Shown in pieces: positions 1-12,268 of a stretch of DNA of 64,000 nt. The notes beneath the pieces are model-generated. The model did no database searches. It was not told the origin of the DNA and saw nothing but the letters and a program-made list of their open reading frames with translations. Origin of the DNA: Schizochytrium sp. TIO01 (lineage: Eukaryota; Protista; Bigyra: Labyrinthulomycetes); contig SMSO01000032.1 of assembly GCA_004764695.1 (NCBI GenBank), positions 558,001 through 622,000 of the forward strand. Direction: 5' to 3'. The number at the start of each line of letters is the position of its first letter. Position 1 is the stretch's first letter. Made by a program: the position numbers and the translations under genes.

Positions 1-1339
1 GACCTCGGCACAGAATGGAATCATGATCTTTTATAATGTTTGTTTGCTGCTCTTAGAAATACTTCAAAGAGAGCAGACATTTTTACCAAAAGCATAAAAC
101 TATGGTGATGTAACTTGCTGTCTGTGGCCGAAGTGAAGGTCCTCATTAATGTGTCGATCGTTTTCATATTCTAAGAATGAGTTTGACTCTGAGCAATTGT
201 ATCTTGAACTCATCTTGTAAGCTTTACCTAGCGCTCACGAGGTTCAGAATCAAGTACAAACACGAAGACGCATATCTTTTTTGACAAAGCCTACATGACC
301 ACTTTTGTAAATACTCATTTTTTATTCTAAAGTTGTATGAAGTGAGGAAATTTCATGGGCTAATGTAAAATTTCTGAAGAGTTATCTAATGTGGGTACCG
401 CCGCATTAAAGAGGACTCCCGTTCTCAGAAAATAAGAATTTCGTGTAAGTATCATTTAATGCCTGATGTAGTCTTGGACCTCCTTGTATCTGCCGCTCCA
501 TACATTACATTTCGCCACAAAGAGAGCCTCAGCCCTGGCTTTAGTTCGGCAATGGTTCAATTATCTCTGGCTTTGATTTCTTACTATCTTTCCCAAATAT
601 CACGACAAACGAACCTCTTGTGCAAGTTCTCGTCAGTTTGCTCTTCATTCACCTCGTCTCAATGTCTCCTATCGCGACATGAGCTATAGATAATAATCAA
701 CGAATATTAAAATTCTCAATTCTCCCAATCGTTGCATAGTGCTAAACAGTTCCTTCTTCGTTCCTTATCCTTTTCTTTCTCATTTCTTTTCTTTTTCTTT
801 TCCTCGTAAAAAAAAACAAAAAACAAATAAAAAACATTTAAGAGAATAAAGAAATGATTGCATTCAGAATTGACTCGATTGAAATCGATGCACTGGAGTA
901 AGCGATGATCTTCCGCGTTTCCTATTCGCTTCGCCTTGCCTTCGCTGCTTCCGCAGAAGAAGACGCTTGGCTTCGTCGAGCACGCCCTCAGCCTCTGCTT
1001 TCAGCTAGTCTGCCTCGGATGCCTAGGCAGACCTCGCTCGCAGAAGGCACACCGTGAATGGAAGCGAGGGTGCGAGGCGTCATCGCGGTCAGCGTCATCA
1101 TGAAGATTACGATAATGATACTGATGCCCTCCAAGAAGAACGTGAAGAACTTGAAGAACAGCACCCCTCCGCGGAGGAGGACTTGAAGAGCGTGCTGGAC
1201 AATGTATCCGAGAGGGAGTATACTTCGACCAACAAACGAACCGAGTTCTTTCTTGCTGCAAAAGTAGAGAAAACGAAGAGAATTTCAATCCCAGGACTCC
1301 AAAGTTAGAGCGAAAGAAGCTTTCGCCTTCGAATCAGAT

Positions 1340-1373
<34 letters not shown>

Positions 1374-1377
1374 TATA
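1340..1377. repeat. (TA)n microsatellite
   Basis: Direct reading; two CA interruptions near the right end. Confidence 0.95.
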
Positions 1378-4300
1378 CAAGCTTTCTGCGAGACCTCGCG
1401 AGCTGTCGTGCAAAATGATAGAGTTTCTGGGCAGGCAGCTTTAAAAAAGAAAAAGGGCAGCGCGCTTGTTTCCAAGAACTTACAAACGCGCGTGGACAAA
1501 GGATCAGCCAACAGATCAGGATGGCCTTGGTAAGGATGCAAGCGAGGTCTTGACCGTGGCGTTTCAATGATGCCTATGGATAAGATAGATCAATAGAACT
1601 GCAGATGATTGATTCACCACGGCACTTCTGTTGTCCATGAATATTTTTATTTTATTTTTTTCTTAAAAAGAAAGGTTTTTCAGTAGTCTTGTGTCTACAA
1701 ATGATCATACATAAAATGAAAATGAAAGAAGCGCTTCAATGTGACAGTGCTTGAAAAAGTAGTAGGCTCTTACTAACAAAAAAGATATCTTGCAATTTTT
1801 TATTTGAGAAAATAAATTGCATAAAGGTAAGTAAACCTTCTCCATTTTCGACGCCAAGATCACCAACGTTCGCTGTACTTGAGTCCGCATCGCTATGCAT
1901 GTGCAGCATCTCTATCTGCGACCTGCTTTTAAAAAGGGTCACAGCCGAGCACCCGAGAACCCATCATCTACGAGATGAACTCGTCTGCTGCATTCTCGCC
2001 ATCTTCGTCTTGATCGTACTCTCCGTAAAGGCCCTAAGCTATTCGCAACCAACAACTCTTTATAGTACCCACTTTACTTTCCAGGGAGCACAATCGTCGC
2101 CCCATTGACGGAAATCCCGCGTCATCATCTCTCCAAAGGTGGTCCTCCGCCACCTTGCAATTCCGCAGATAATCCAGGCGCTCTGGAGCACCACCTCAGG
2201 TCGAGCTTTCTCGCAACAGGCGACCCTTCATTGCGAACGTCAGACTCGCTCACTCAGACCGCAAGCAAGGCATGCATGCGCAGATGTACGCCTCTGCAAA
2301 GATCATCATCGATTTGCCATAGATATAGATATGCTATTCTAGAGCAGAAGAGGCGCCTTGGCCCGCTCCACGTTCGCTCGCTCGCCGGCCGAAGGCTGCT
2401 TCTCGAGCTGATGTAAGGCTCGCTCGACCGCCCTGAGCTCTTCTCGTCTCTGCGGCTAAGGCAGACAAAACAGACCTCTGCAATTGCATCGCATTGATTC
2501 TTGAAAGTCGCCCATTCATTGGTTCTCTTATCCGCTCCATCACTTGAAAGGAGCGCATTATTCTCTAGTTAGGCAGTCAGTTAGTTACAGTTGAAAGAAA
2601 GTAATTTTAATAAAAAGTGGGTGAGTAAGTAAGTAAGTAAGGAAATAAGAAAGTAAGTGAGAAGGAGGTACCAAAACCAATGTAAGTTTTAAAATACTTT
2701 CTTTGCGGCACCTTTTTACTTTTCCTCCTTAGAAAGAGACACACATGATGCGTATCGACGAAGAGTGAATGATAAAAGCACAGTCATAAACGCTGCGTTT
2801 TAACCCGAAGGTTAGCTCATAGACCCTCGAGCGCCGCCCCAAAGAAGACTAAAAAGTCGCGGAGGAGGCCGAGCGAGTGGCAGAAGGAGCGATTGGTTGG
2901 TCTGCAGCTACGCACGCACGGCCACGGCCGCCGACGCCTCAGAGCCACTCCTCAATCGCTGCGAATTGCTGCGAATTGCCGCTGCGAATTGCAAGTTCTT
3001 CTCCGCGTTTCTCTCTCGCGCGTTTCCCCTCTGCTCTCAGGCCTCTCCTCACAGGCCCACTGCCTCCGCAACGCTCCCTATTGCCCCCATCCGAAAGCGA
3101 ATATCTCCCACAGCCCCCCACACACACTGCCTCCTTCCCACTGTCCTTCCCTCTTCCCTTTCTCGCCTTCGACGCCTCACCTTAAACCTGTATCAAAACG
3201 TGGGCCGCAGCGAGCATCTCTCCAGGTGGCACGAGGCAAGGCGGGAGGTCTGCTTAGACTTGTATGAAATCCACAATTGCAGGCAGCGCGCGAGGCGGCA
3301 GAAAGAGGTGGTAGTTGTTCTATCTATCGATCTATTGACGTTGATGATGGTGACGAAGAAGATAAAAATTAATATGTAATGCATGAATGAATGAATGAAT
3401 GAATGTGAATCGATGGGTGGATTCGAAGGTACTGTTGTGAATGGAGGGAGTCAAAGATGAACTCGAATGAATGCAATCGGGCGCTGCTGGATAGGATCCC
3501 ATCGCTTGCTTAATTCTAGCTGGTAATTTTATTTTTATACCAAGTGTTTTATCAGTCCTCAAGTTCAAGGTGCCTTCAAAATGTTTTTATTTTGTTCTAT
3601 CATTTCATTTCTTTCCATTTCATTTCATTTCACTTGGTTTGGTTTGGTTTGGTTTGGTTTAAAAAAGAAGCAAATTTCTCTTTTTAATAAAAATCGACGA
3701 TCGATCGATCGATTGATTGATTCTCTGATCGATTGATTCTCATCGCTGTTGATCAGCGCAAGGGAAACCCGCCTCAGGCTCAGCAGTCAGCGGCATCCAG
3801 CCAACCCGCGGAGGAACTTGAAGGTCAAGCACTGCGACATACTAGCTAGCTAGCTAGCGGTGCGGGCCGAACCCCTACCTGCGAAGTTGTTGATGATCAT
3901 TGACAATGGTAATTGCGATGTCAAGACCGAGTTTCTCTAACTTCGTTCATTCCTTCATTGATTCATTGATTCATTGAATCATTGAATCATTGAATCATTC
4001 ACTTGACTATTTGTATGTTTCTGTCCTCCTCCGCGCAGGATAATAAATAGGCTGCCTCACCTCATTTACTTTTTAATCATAGAAATGAATGATGGTGATG
4101 ATAGAGCTGATACTGTTGTTCCTGTCTTTGGCGTCTTTGCTATGGTTGCTGTCGAAAGCGAAAGAGCTTTGAAAGAAAAGAAAGAAAGAAAGAAAGAAAA
4201 GAAAGAAAGAAGAGTTCGTTTAGTCAGTGATGCGATGCGGAGCAAAGAGAGGACATGAAATGATTAATTGTTTTTATGAGTGGGTTGAACTCACTTTGGT

Positions 4301-5090
4301 TTTTAAGCCAGCAAAGGGGAAGAAGGAAAAAGCTACCGAAAGAGACGCACGAAGTCCGAGTCGAGCAACAATCAATCGATCGATCGATCGCCGTGCTTAT
4401 TGAGCAGAGCCGCTGTGTTGGCCGGAGACGCTCGACTCTAATACCCTCGGACTGTTAAGTGAGAAGGCGTATCGACAAGGCAACGGAGTCGATAGAAGAA
4501 GGCGCCGTCAGCGAAGGTTTATTAGAGAAATTGCAGAAATTGCAGAAAGATTAATTAATTAATTCATTAATTAATTAGTTAACTCATTATTTGGATGAAT
4601 AAACAGATAAGTAAAAAAACCAGGAACCTTCCTTCTTTACTTCCTGCCCCTCACTAGAGAAGGCCGAAAAGGGCGGTAAAAGGGAATTAAAAGGGCGTTT
4701 AAAGGAAATTAGCTAGGAGCAAGCAGAGGATTGAAAAGAACCTGAAAAGAATCAGAAAGAAAGTTGGCGCTCGAGAGCACAGCAGACCAGAACGGTAGAG
4801 CAGCAGACCCCGATCGCCGCAGGACACATCAGGCAGACCAAGAACGCTATCAACCTAGGCACCAGGCAGCTGCTAGCTAGCTAACTATCAGATAGTTAGT
4901 TAGGTATCTGCTCGGTCAGTCCAATCTAACAGACAGAAGTCAGTCAAGCAAGCAAGCAAGCAGGCAGCGCGAGTTACAGCTTGGCCCTTGTCGCGCTTAC
5001 TTGCTCGCTTTGACTTGAAATAGACGGAAGGTACCGTCAGTCTGTGCGTGGAGAGGTCTTAATTCGAGATACTTCGCCGTTCCCGTTAAA

Positions 5091-6920
5091 ATGATGCTTA
5101 ACCGTGCCCGCAACAGCGGATTCCGCAACGCCAAGGTCATCAATGCCTTGCACAATGCCGGAAGCCGCCAGAACATTTTGGGCAAGCGCCTGAACGCCCC
5201 CAAGCTGTCCCACCAGCAGCTCCGTGCTATCGTAACTCAGTCCAAGGTCACCGAGGCCTTGCCTCCCGCAGCGACCCCACCTCCTCCGACCACGGCTACC
5301 CCGAGTGATTTGTATGACAGAGAATTTGTCTCCGATGTGGCTGAGAACTCGGAACTTAATTTCACTGACACTAAGGTTGCTTTTCGTCAGAAAACATTTC
5401 TGGACCTCATCCGCGCCTACGTGGTCCTTCGTATCTGCGCTATCGAGCCTCTCGTTGCTCGCAGTGAAACACTTATCAACATTGCATACAAAGTCCTCGG
5501 CACGAACATCACTAATTTCTTCGTCAGACACACCTTTTTCAAGCAGTTCTGCGCTGCAGAAGATGAGGCAGGCCTCCGCCCGCTCATGGAACGTCTTGGA
5601 AACTCTGGTATCAGCGGCATTCTTGACTACGCCGTTGAGGCCGACCTTGGCACCCATCGCGAGGAACGCCAGGACGAAATCAAGGTCCGTGTCTACGAGT
5701 ACGAGGGAGAGCGTGCTTGTGATGCTGCCACTGAAGTCTTTGAGTCTTGCATTCGCACCGCTGCTAACGTTTACACGAACGTGGAACACAAGCCCCGACC
5801 CTTCGCTGCCATCAAGGTTACAGCTCTCGGAAACCCTAAGCTCCTCAAGCGCATGAGTGAGATGATTGTTGAGACTAAACGTCTGTTTCAACGCATGGAG
5901 CAGGACCTCGAGCGCGAGACAATTGGATCTCTCTCACTTGAGGAGTGGCGTCTTGCATACACGAAATACTTCGTGGACCCTGAGGACCCCAAGATGGTTG
6001 ACGAGCTCTTCTACTACGCTCTTGGACGCCAGCCTGTGGCCAACGAGGAGCCTCCTCGCCTCGATATCGTGGACTGGTCCAGATCCATGAACGTGGATGT
6101 TATTAGCAAGCTTGTTGGATCCTGTAAGACCCGCGGACCCCTTGCAGAGGTCGCCTTGGACGACGAGGAAATCGAACTCGCCAAGGCACTCTTTGGACGT
6201 CTTGACCGCCTTGCCAAGCTTGCCGGAGACCTTGGTGTTTCCTTGATGGTTGATGCTGAGCAGACTTACTTCCAGCCGTGTATTGATGCGAACGTGCTCA
6301 TGCTCCAGCGTCAGCACAACAGTGACGGCCGTGCCACCATCTACAACACTTACCAGTGCTACCTCAAGTCTACTGACGAGCGTCTCAGCCAGGATCTTGA
6401 CCGCTCTAAGCGCGAGGGATGGAAGTTTGCGGCCAAGCTTGTGCGCGGTGCCTACATGGTTGCTGAGCGCAAGCTTGCTAAGGAGAACAACTACCCTGAC
6501 CCCATCCATGACAACATCGAGGACACGCACGCATGCTACCACCGTAACTTGGATGTGATGCTCGCCGATGCTGATGCCGAGGTCATGGTTGCCAGCCACA
6601 ACCAGCGCACTTGCGAGTTTAGTGTGGCCAAGATGTCTGAGTACGACATTTCACCTGATAGTGGCAAGGTCCATTTTGGCCAGCTCCGCGGAATGGCCGA
6701 CCACCTTACGTACAATCTTGGTGCCCACAAGTACTCCGCATACAAATACTTGCCATACGGTCATGTCCACGAAGTTTTGCCTTACCTTATTCGTCGTGCA
6801 CAGGAGAACTCCGGCTTGATGGCAGGTGCTACTCACGAGCGCGCAATCTTGCTCAAGGAGATTAAGCGTCGCACTCTCGCTAACTTCGGTATGGGCCAAA
6901 ATGCATCTGCATCTCAGTAA
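5091..6920 (+). CDS. PRODH: Proline dehydrogenase (proline oxidase), mitochondrial precursor
   Basis: 609-aa intronless ORF with diagnostic PRODH motifs ILDYAVE, AIKVTALG, LMVDAEQTY, YNTYQCYLK, KLVRGAYM, MVASHN, FGQLRGM, YKYLPYG, PYLIRRAQENS. The Arg-rich, acid-free N-terminus looks like a mitochondrial presequence. Strong C-ending codon bias. Confidence 0.97.
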   Translation: MMLNRARNSGFRNAKVINALHNAGSRQNILGKRLNAPKLSHQQLRAIVTQSKVTEALPPAATPPPPTTATPSDLYDREFVSDVAENSELNFTDTKVAFRQKTFLDLIRAYVVLRICAIEPLVARSETLINIAYKVLGTNITNFFVRHTFFKQFCAAEDEAGLRPLMERLGNSGISGILDYAVEADLGTHREERQDEIKVRVYEYEGERACDAATEVFESCIRTAANVYTNVEHKPRPFAAIKVTALGNPKLLKRMSEMIVETKRLFQRMEQDLERETIGSLSLEEWRLAYTKYFVDPEDPKMVDELFYYALGRQPVANEEPPRLDIVDWSRSMNVDVISKLVGSCKTRGPLAEVALDDEEIELAKALFGRLDRLAKLAGDLGVSLMVDAEQTYFQPCIDANVLMLQRQHNSDGRATIYNTYQCYLKSTDERLSQDLDRSKREGWKFAAKLVRGAYMVAERKLAKENNYPDPIHDNIEDTHACYHRNLDVMLADADAEVMVASHNQRTCEFSVAKMSEYDISPDSGKVHFGQLRGMADHLTYNLGAHKYSAYKYLPYGHVHEVLPYLIRRAQENSGLMAGATHERAILLKEIKRRTLANFGMGQNASASQ

Positions 6921-7927
6921 ATTCGTTCCGTATTGATCGTTTGTTATGTTAACCTGTGTGCGCCATTCGCTTGTTCGTCATTAATGTACCTGTTGCCTCT
7001 GTTACGTGACAAGTCTGCGTCTTAGGCCCGCCTCAACGACAAAGAGCGAATCCGGCTTATCGGGGAGAGGGCTCCACAAGACATACTTAGTAACTAGTAT
7101 TCATTCCCGTGTGGTAATTTACGATGGCGAGTTTTTTTTTACTCCAGTCACGACGGATCTTGAGGTCGCGTTGTTTCCCTTCGTACACTGCCTACATCAC
7201 TCCACAACAACGATTTCACCGGCTACTACTAGGCACTTCATCTTACCACGAATTATAATGGTGAGTCTTGAGGGACTGACTTTCGTGTTGAGTTGTTCAT
7301 ACGCTACAAGTAAAATTGTCTCCAAAGTCTGTTGAGCAACCCCGTGAAAGAACAATAGGAGAAACTGTTGCGTCATTTAGTGAATTAAGACTCTTTTATG
7401 AGTTATATGCAACATAGATCCTTACTGTTCTAAATTTTATCTCTTTTTTTAAAGCATCAATTTTTTTAACCTACCAAAATGAAAAAAATTATACAATTTC
7501 TAGATTTTATGAACACATAGCTCTGCTTGGCTTTGATTTTTTAAAGGAGAACATTAATAAGCGATATGAAAGGTGAAATTTTGCCTCTCAAGGCTGGCAA
7601 AAGAAAACAGCACCAAGTTGATACTATCTACTTTAAACTACTAAAAATAACCAAGAATCAAGTCTTGAAGATGCAGAAATCTTGGTCCTTAAGCATTACC
7701 TCGAGCACATTATATCGTCTTGTATAAATTTCAGAGATTAGAGCGTACCATTTAATTTATTTTTTGCTTTTACTTTTTTGTATAACATGATTCCCATTAA
7801 TAGTTACTCGCGACAGTCCCTCATGAGTAATGAGGAATCTAGGAATTTCAATCAATATAGTTCTCTTCCATATAAGTACTTTCTTTTCAAGTTATCCCAC
7901 TCCATTCCTCTTGTCAATAGACCATCT

Positions 7928-10900
7928 TTAAAAGATGTGGGAAATTGGTAAGAGTTCCTTGCAAAAACGGCGGCATAAAATGTCAATATGAGGACAATTA
8001 CGATGGACTGACCCAGCCGCAGAAATGCGAATACACTCTAGGTAAATCTGAAGCTCTTCCAGGGACTCCAAGTGCTGTGTGCTAGTGCCTATCCGATCAG
8101 AATGAATAGCATTTTGGACTTTAAGTAAGAGAGCATGAACTGCATTACGAATTCCAGGAAAGAAGACACAATCAGCTCGGGCTAGAACAACTTCAACGTG
8201 TTGCTTATAGGATTTGTACAACCTCTGCAAAACCTTACCTTTTAGCTTTGCGCGCGACTCTTCAGACCGGTATCGTTCCGCCAGGAGGGCACTTATTGCG
8301 TCACTGACCGCTACCATTTTATCCAGTTCCAAAGCAAGAGATTCTCGTTTGAACATCCGAAGCAAATCTGGTATGTAATCTTTTAGACTATCCAGTAGCG
8401 CCAAGCGAAGCATAGCTCGATAAGTCACAGCCATATAACCACGACTATAAGCATGGGCAACTCGCAGCTTCAGAGATTCGCTATAATGCACATATATAGG
8501 GTTCGAGGGATCCCGTGGATCACCGAGCTCTCGAGCCGAATTTGAGCCTTCTGCTGACTTTGTGCACATTGCCTGTATCGCTGTTACAGCTTGGTCAATG
8601 TCTGTCCAGAGACTTTGATACAGCGCTTCATACTGCATAAATGAAGGCGCAAAGCATTTTACGTTTCCAGCAGGAGACTGGACAAAATAAAAGCTAATAA
8701 TTTTATTCACCACCACGAAGAACGGGCGACTTTTATCCTCAGAGTCGTTAAATAAAACTGCCATGCGTACAACAATGGGTTCACGAGCCTCGGTTGCACG
8801 AATTAGCTCCTGTTTACAAAGAGCCTTGTCTCGACGTAGTCGCTGAGCACTTAAGATCGCACCATGTGAATATTTGGGATGGTACAACTTATCTCGCATG
8901 GAAACAAAAAACTCTGCGTCATGGATAACTGTATTTTTCCGGCCACTTAGTAACGCAGGTTTGGAGTCATCAAACTCCTCTTCGCGGACTTCTCTGTTAC
9001 CTGTTGTGCGATGGCGTTCATTGGTTTGAATGGAACGCCAGCCTCCATCAAAGCTTTGATCTTCATTGATTGCATCCATAGCATGTTGGCCTGTCAACAG
9101 ACCAAGGAGCACATTGCTGGCAGATTTATCGTTAAGATACAATGCATGCGCTATAACATGACTTACTTGCACATCAAGGGCCTCTGTGCAATGTGGTCCT
9201 TCGTATACATGGGTCTCGAACAATGTCACATTGGGTTGCTGTCGGAGAACTTGCGTTGCATTAGAAGATTCGAACATACGTGAATACAAGACCAAAGAGC
9301 CTCCGATGGAGGTATTTACAGATATCTCGTATGCTGTTCGAGCATTAGAAGTACTCTGCGGGGCAGCGCCTGGATGTTCACCCGGCATACAGTTCGGGCC
9401 TAAAACAGGAGATATGGCACCGCTTGCCTCTAGTGTAGACATAGTTCGTACGATGATATCTTCCTCGCACCCTCGCATAGTACTGACGAGACCATATAGC
9501 TCTACCTTTGCAGATTTATACAAATAGCAACGAGCATTGCACAAAGACATCCGCGCTCGAGATGTTGTTACGCGTCGCAATAATTCTGGATCTGCTTCGC
9601 GCCACAAAGCATGACGAGATACCTCTGCTCGGAGACGCGCGACAATTAAAGGATATGGATTTGGATAGAGTTTTCCATTGTTAAACACATCTAAGACAAT
9701 TTCTCGGAGGACCTTATCGATTCGTGTTTCCGTGACATATTCAAGTATGACAGCTTCGCGGGCAATAGATGCGGGCACGTTTCTTTTCTTCTTTGCTGCC
9801 TTGATTGCGTTGGGAACACTTACAACCCGAACATACTCACGAGCTCGACGGGCAGCATTCACTTCATTGCTGAATGCCTCCATCGTTTCTAGTCCTGCTG
9901 ATGAAAATATGTCAAAGCTTGAGGATGTCTCAGCTCCGAGTATAGGACCGTCTTCACTGATGCTACTGCGTCGCTTGCTACGAGTATCTTTAGGAGCAAG
10001 CTTGCTGCCTCTGCCCTTGGCAACTTCATCAGGAGGAGGTACCAAAGCTTGCTCAATCACTTCATCAATAAGTGCAACAATTGTCTCGGGGCGAATTTCG
10101 CGGTCGCCAACGTGAGTTTCATGCAATGAGTCACTGGCTAAGATGGAAACCATGTCGCGAGAAACCGTTAGAATGAGCGCTTCGCACATATCGTTGACAT
10201 GTTCGAGGGCGGCGCATGTGGTTCTTGAATTTACAATCAACCGCTGCGAAATGTGATCACTCATTATGTATAGTTTGTGCCGAATCGGAAGGCTCAATGT
10301 TGCGATTTCAGTGCTTTGCGCAGCATGAACTGCCTTTAGCAGTTCTCGTTTATAAACCCGGAATTGCTGAACAACCTTATCAACGATATGATGATGATCA
10401 AATCCGCCATGACGTTCATGCTTGGACCCTGCTCCCCAGGGTACTTGTTCTTGATATCGGTTCATGTCGGCGTCAGCACGGCAATGCATCAAAACGTCCT
10501 GCATAGCCGTGTTCCATATTGAAAGGCCGTATAAACGTCCTACTTGTGAGCGCATCAGTCGAATAACATCTGGGATAACGGCATACCGGCGAGCAATACA
10601 AGCGAGTATAGTTAGGATTTCTACAGCAGCGATAAGGTTACCAGCGATATATAATTTAACAAGCTCAGCTTTGAGGCTAGCTCTGAAAGGCGCATGAAAA
10701 TCTTGTTTGTTGTCAAGTGTCCAATATACACCATCCTCAGTCTTAAAAAGTTCAGCATAGAAAACAGCATCTTTACGAGTGCGAAAAATCCCAGAGCATA
10801 AACTCGAGAACGGGAACAGAGCAAAAGAGCGGAGCGGTCCTGAAGGTTGACCTTCTTTATCTACAAGCTGGAAGTGTAAAGAGTATGTCTTATGAATCAT

Positions 10901-12268
10901 AATAAACTGCCCTCTTTCTGTTCGAATACGCCCGATTGGAGTTTTTCCACCGCTGCGATTTGTGCGCTTGCCATTTCGACTTTGCTGCCTTCCCGTGACA
11001 CTTGCAAAGTCTCCGTAATCTTCGCTATCATTGAGGGGATCAGACTCTTGACTATTGTGATCATATTCATTAACTTCTGTTAATTGCCACGATTTATCCT
11101 CCTCCTCTTCGGGGACCTTGGGTTCTAACTCAGGCAGCTCCACCATGAAACGGAGAACAATTTCACGGCTTGAAACAGTGGCTGCTTTGACAGCACTTTG
11201 GAAAGATGTTTTGGAGCTTTTGATTTTGGCAAGCGGCCATAATCTATAATCTTCATTTAAGTTGTCTTCTGACCTTGATCTGCTGCCATCTCTTTTCTGT
11301 GTACGAGACTGCTGCCCTCCGGCCTTCAGGTGAGGTGTTTTCTCAATAAATACTCCAATGACTAAATTGGGATTTTCTAATCCAATGGCAAATACCTCAG
11401 ACATGATCTGGTTTGCAAAAATACCCACTGCCTTTTCAAATTTGGGACCACTGACTTTGCAATCTTCCTTGATTTCAATTTTTGAGGGTAAGTACGGGAG
11501 GACGCTGCCGTGCAGGACGGCAGCGCCTGTTAAAGCGTTAACAAGTTTGCAAAAATAATCACCTTGCTCTGATTGGTTTGGCTGAAGAAGGTGTGGACAA
11601 GCAAACTCAATGCGATCCCACAACTCTGTTAACATAGCAGGATCAACTACATATAGTAAGTTGCGTAAACCCCAAACTAGATCATGGTGAACAACCTGAG
11701 TTACTTTAGTTGTTGGATCCTCCTCTGCAAGCTGGTTAAACTTGAATTCTTTGTAATCTGTATGTGTGACACTGTAGAATAACTCACTTATTCGAAGTTG
11801 ATTACTTAAGAATGCAAAGGGATTTTCTGGGAGCTCTAGCAGATGGAGTAGCGACCTCATTGCGTTGTACAGCACTCCATTGATTTGCTTCTCGTTGAAA
11901 TAGTTAAGCCATGTTCCTGTAACTGATTTGACTTCTACCTTTTGGGCGTCTCCTACAACGAAATCTTCTCGAGGTTTTTCCTGTTCATCGTGGATTTTGA
12001 AGACTTTTCGTTCCGCCTTGATTTCCGGGCGAGCAACGCCGGTTGCATGCTCACGAATTGCCCTTGGCTGGCGACGAAGCAGATCCTGATCTTTGTCATC
12101 GTCTGCGCCATCCTCGCCATCACTAGGCACTTTCAGATCCTCATTCGCGTGGAACTCATCATCGCTCGAGTGTTTCCCATCGCCAATAGCATCACCGCTT
12201 GCAGCGTCTGCCGAAGACCTTGACTTACTTCCACGCACAGGTAATTTTAGCTTCGGCACGAGCCTCAT
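7928..12268 (-). CDS. Large uncharacterised protein (~1446 aa) made of two diverged ~600-aa repeats, each starting with an RIIa/Dpy-30-like dimerisation/docking motif
   Basis: Uninterrupted ORF 7928..12418; the first ATG is at 12268 (MRLVPKLKL). Collinear paired motifs are visible between the two halves (see findings). No whole-protein family recognised. Confidence 0.8.
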   Translation of the reverse strand: MRLVPKLKLPVRGSKSRSSADAASGDAIGDGKHSSDDEFHANEDLKVPSDGEDGADDDKDQDLLRRQPRAIREHATGVARPEIKAERKVFKIHDEQEKPREDFVVGDAQKVEVKSVTGTWLNYFNEKQINGVLYNAMRSLLHLLELPENPFAFLSNQLRISELFYSVTHTDYKEFKFNQLAEEDPTTKVTQVVHHDLVWGLRNLLYVVDPAMLTELWDRIEFACPHLLQPNQSEQGDYFCKLVNALTGAAVLHGSVLPYLPSKIEIKEDCKVSGPKFEKAVGIFANQIMSEVFAIGLENPNLVIGVFIEKTPHLKAGGQQSRTQKRDGSRSRSEDNLNEDYRLWPLAKIKSSKTSFQSAVKAATVSSREIVLRFMVELPELEPKVPEEEEDKSWQLTEVNEYDHNSQESDPLNDSEDYGDFASVTGRQQSRNGKRTNRSGGKTPIGRIRTERGQFIMIHKTYSLHFQLVDKEGQPSGPLRSFALFPFSSLCSGIFRTRKDAVFYAELFKTEDGVYWTLDNKQDFHAPFRASLKAELVKLYIAGNLIAAVEILTILACIARRYAVIPDVIRLMRSQVGRLYGLSIWNTAMQDVLMHCRADADMNRYQEQVPWGAGSKHERHGGFDHHHIVDKVVQQFRVYKRELLKAVHAAQSTEIATLSLPIRHKLYIMSDHISQRLIVNSRTTCAALEHVNDMCEALILTVSRDMVSILASDSLHETHVGDREIRPETIVALIDEVIEQALVPPPDEVAKGRGSKLAPKDTRSKRRSSISEDGPILGAETSSSFDIFSSAGLETMEAFSNEVNAARRAREYVRVVSVPNAIKAAKKKRNVPASIAREAVILEYVTETRIDKVLREIVLDVFNNGKLYPNPYPLIVARLRAEVSRHALWREADPELLRRVTTSRARMSLCNARCYLYKSAKVELYGLVSTMRGCEEDIIVRTMSTLEASGAISPVLGPNCMPGEHPGAAPQSTSNARTAYEISVNTSIGGSLVLYSRMFESSNATQVLRQQPNVTLFETHVYEGPHCTEALDVQVSHVIAHALYLNDKSASNVLLGLLTGQHAMDAINEDQSFDGGWRSIQTNERHRTTGNREVREEEFDDSKPALLSGRKNTVIHDAEFFVSMRDKLYHPKYSHGAILSAQRLRRDKALCKQELIRATEAREPIVVRMAVLFNDSEDKSRPFFVVVNKIISFYFVQSPAGNVKCFAPSFMQYEALYQSLWTDIDQAVTAIQAMCTKSAEGSNSARELGDPRDPSNPIYVHYSESLKLRVAHAYSRGYMAVTYRAMLRLALLDSLKDYIPDLLRMFKRESLALELDKMVAVSDAISALLAERYRSEESRAKLKGKVLQRLYKSYKQHVEVVLARADCVFFPGIRNAVHALLLKVQNAIHSDRIGTSTQHLESLEELQIYLECIRISAAGSVHRNCPHIDILCRRFCKELLPISHIF

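Noticed and set aside
1054-1308. 84-aa acidic ORF that looks protein-like
   Set aside because: Short, GTG start, no recognisable homology or splice context; cannot be supported as a gene.
5037-6599. Long antisense ORFs (284 aa, 221 aa) opposite PRODH
   Set aside because: Shadow frames caused by codon bias in the real gene; no motifs.
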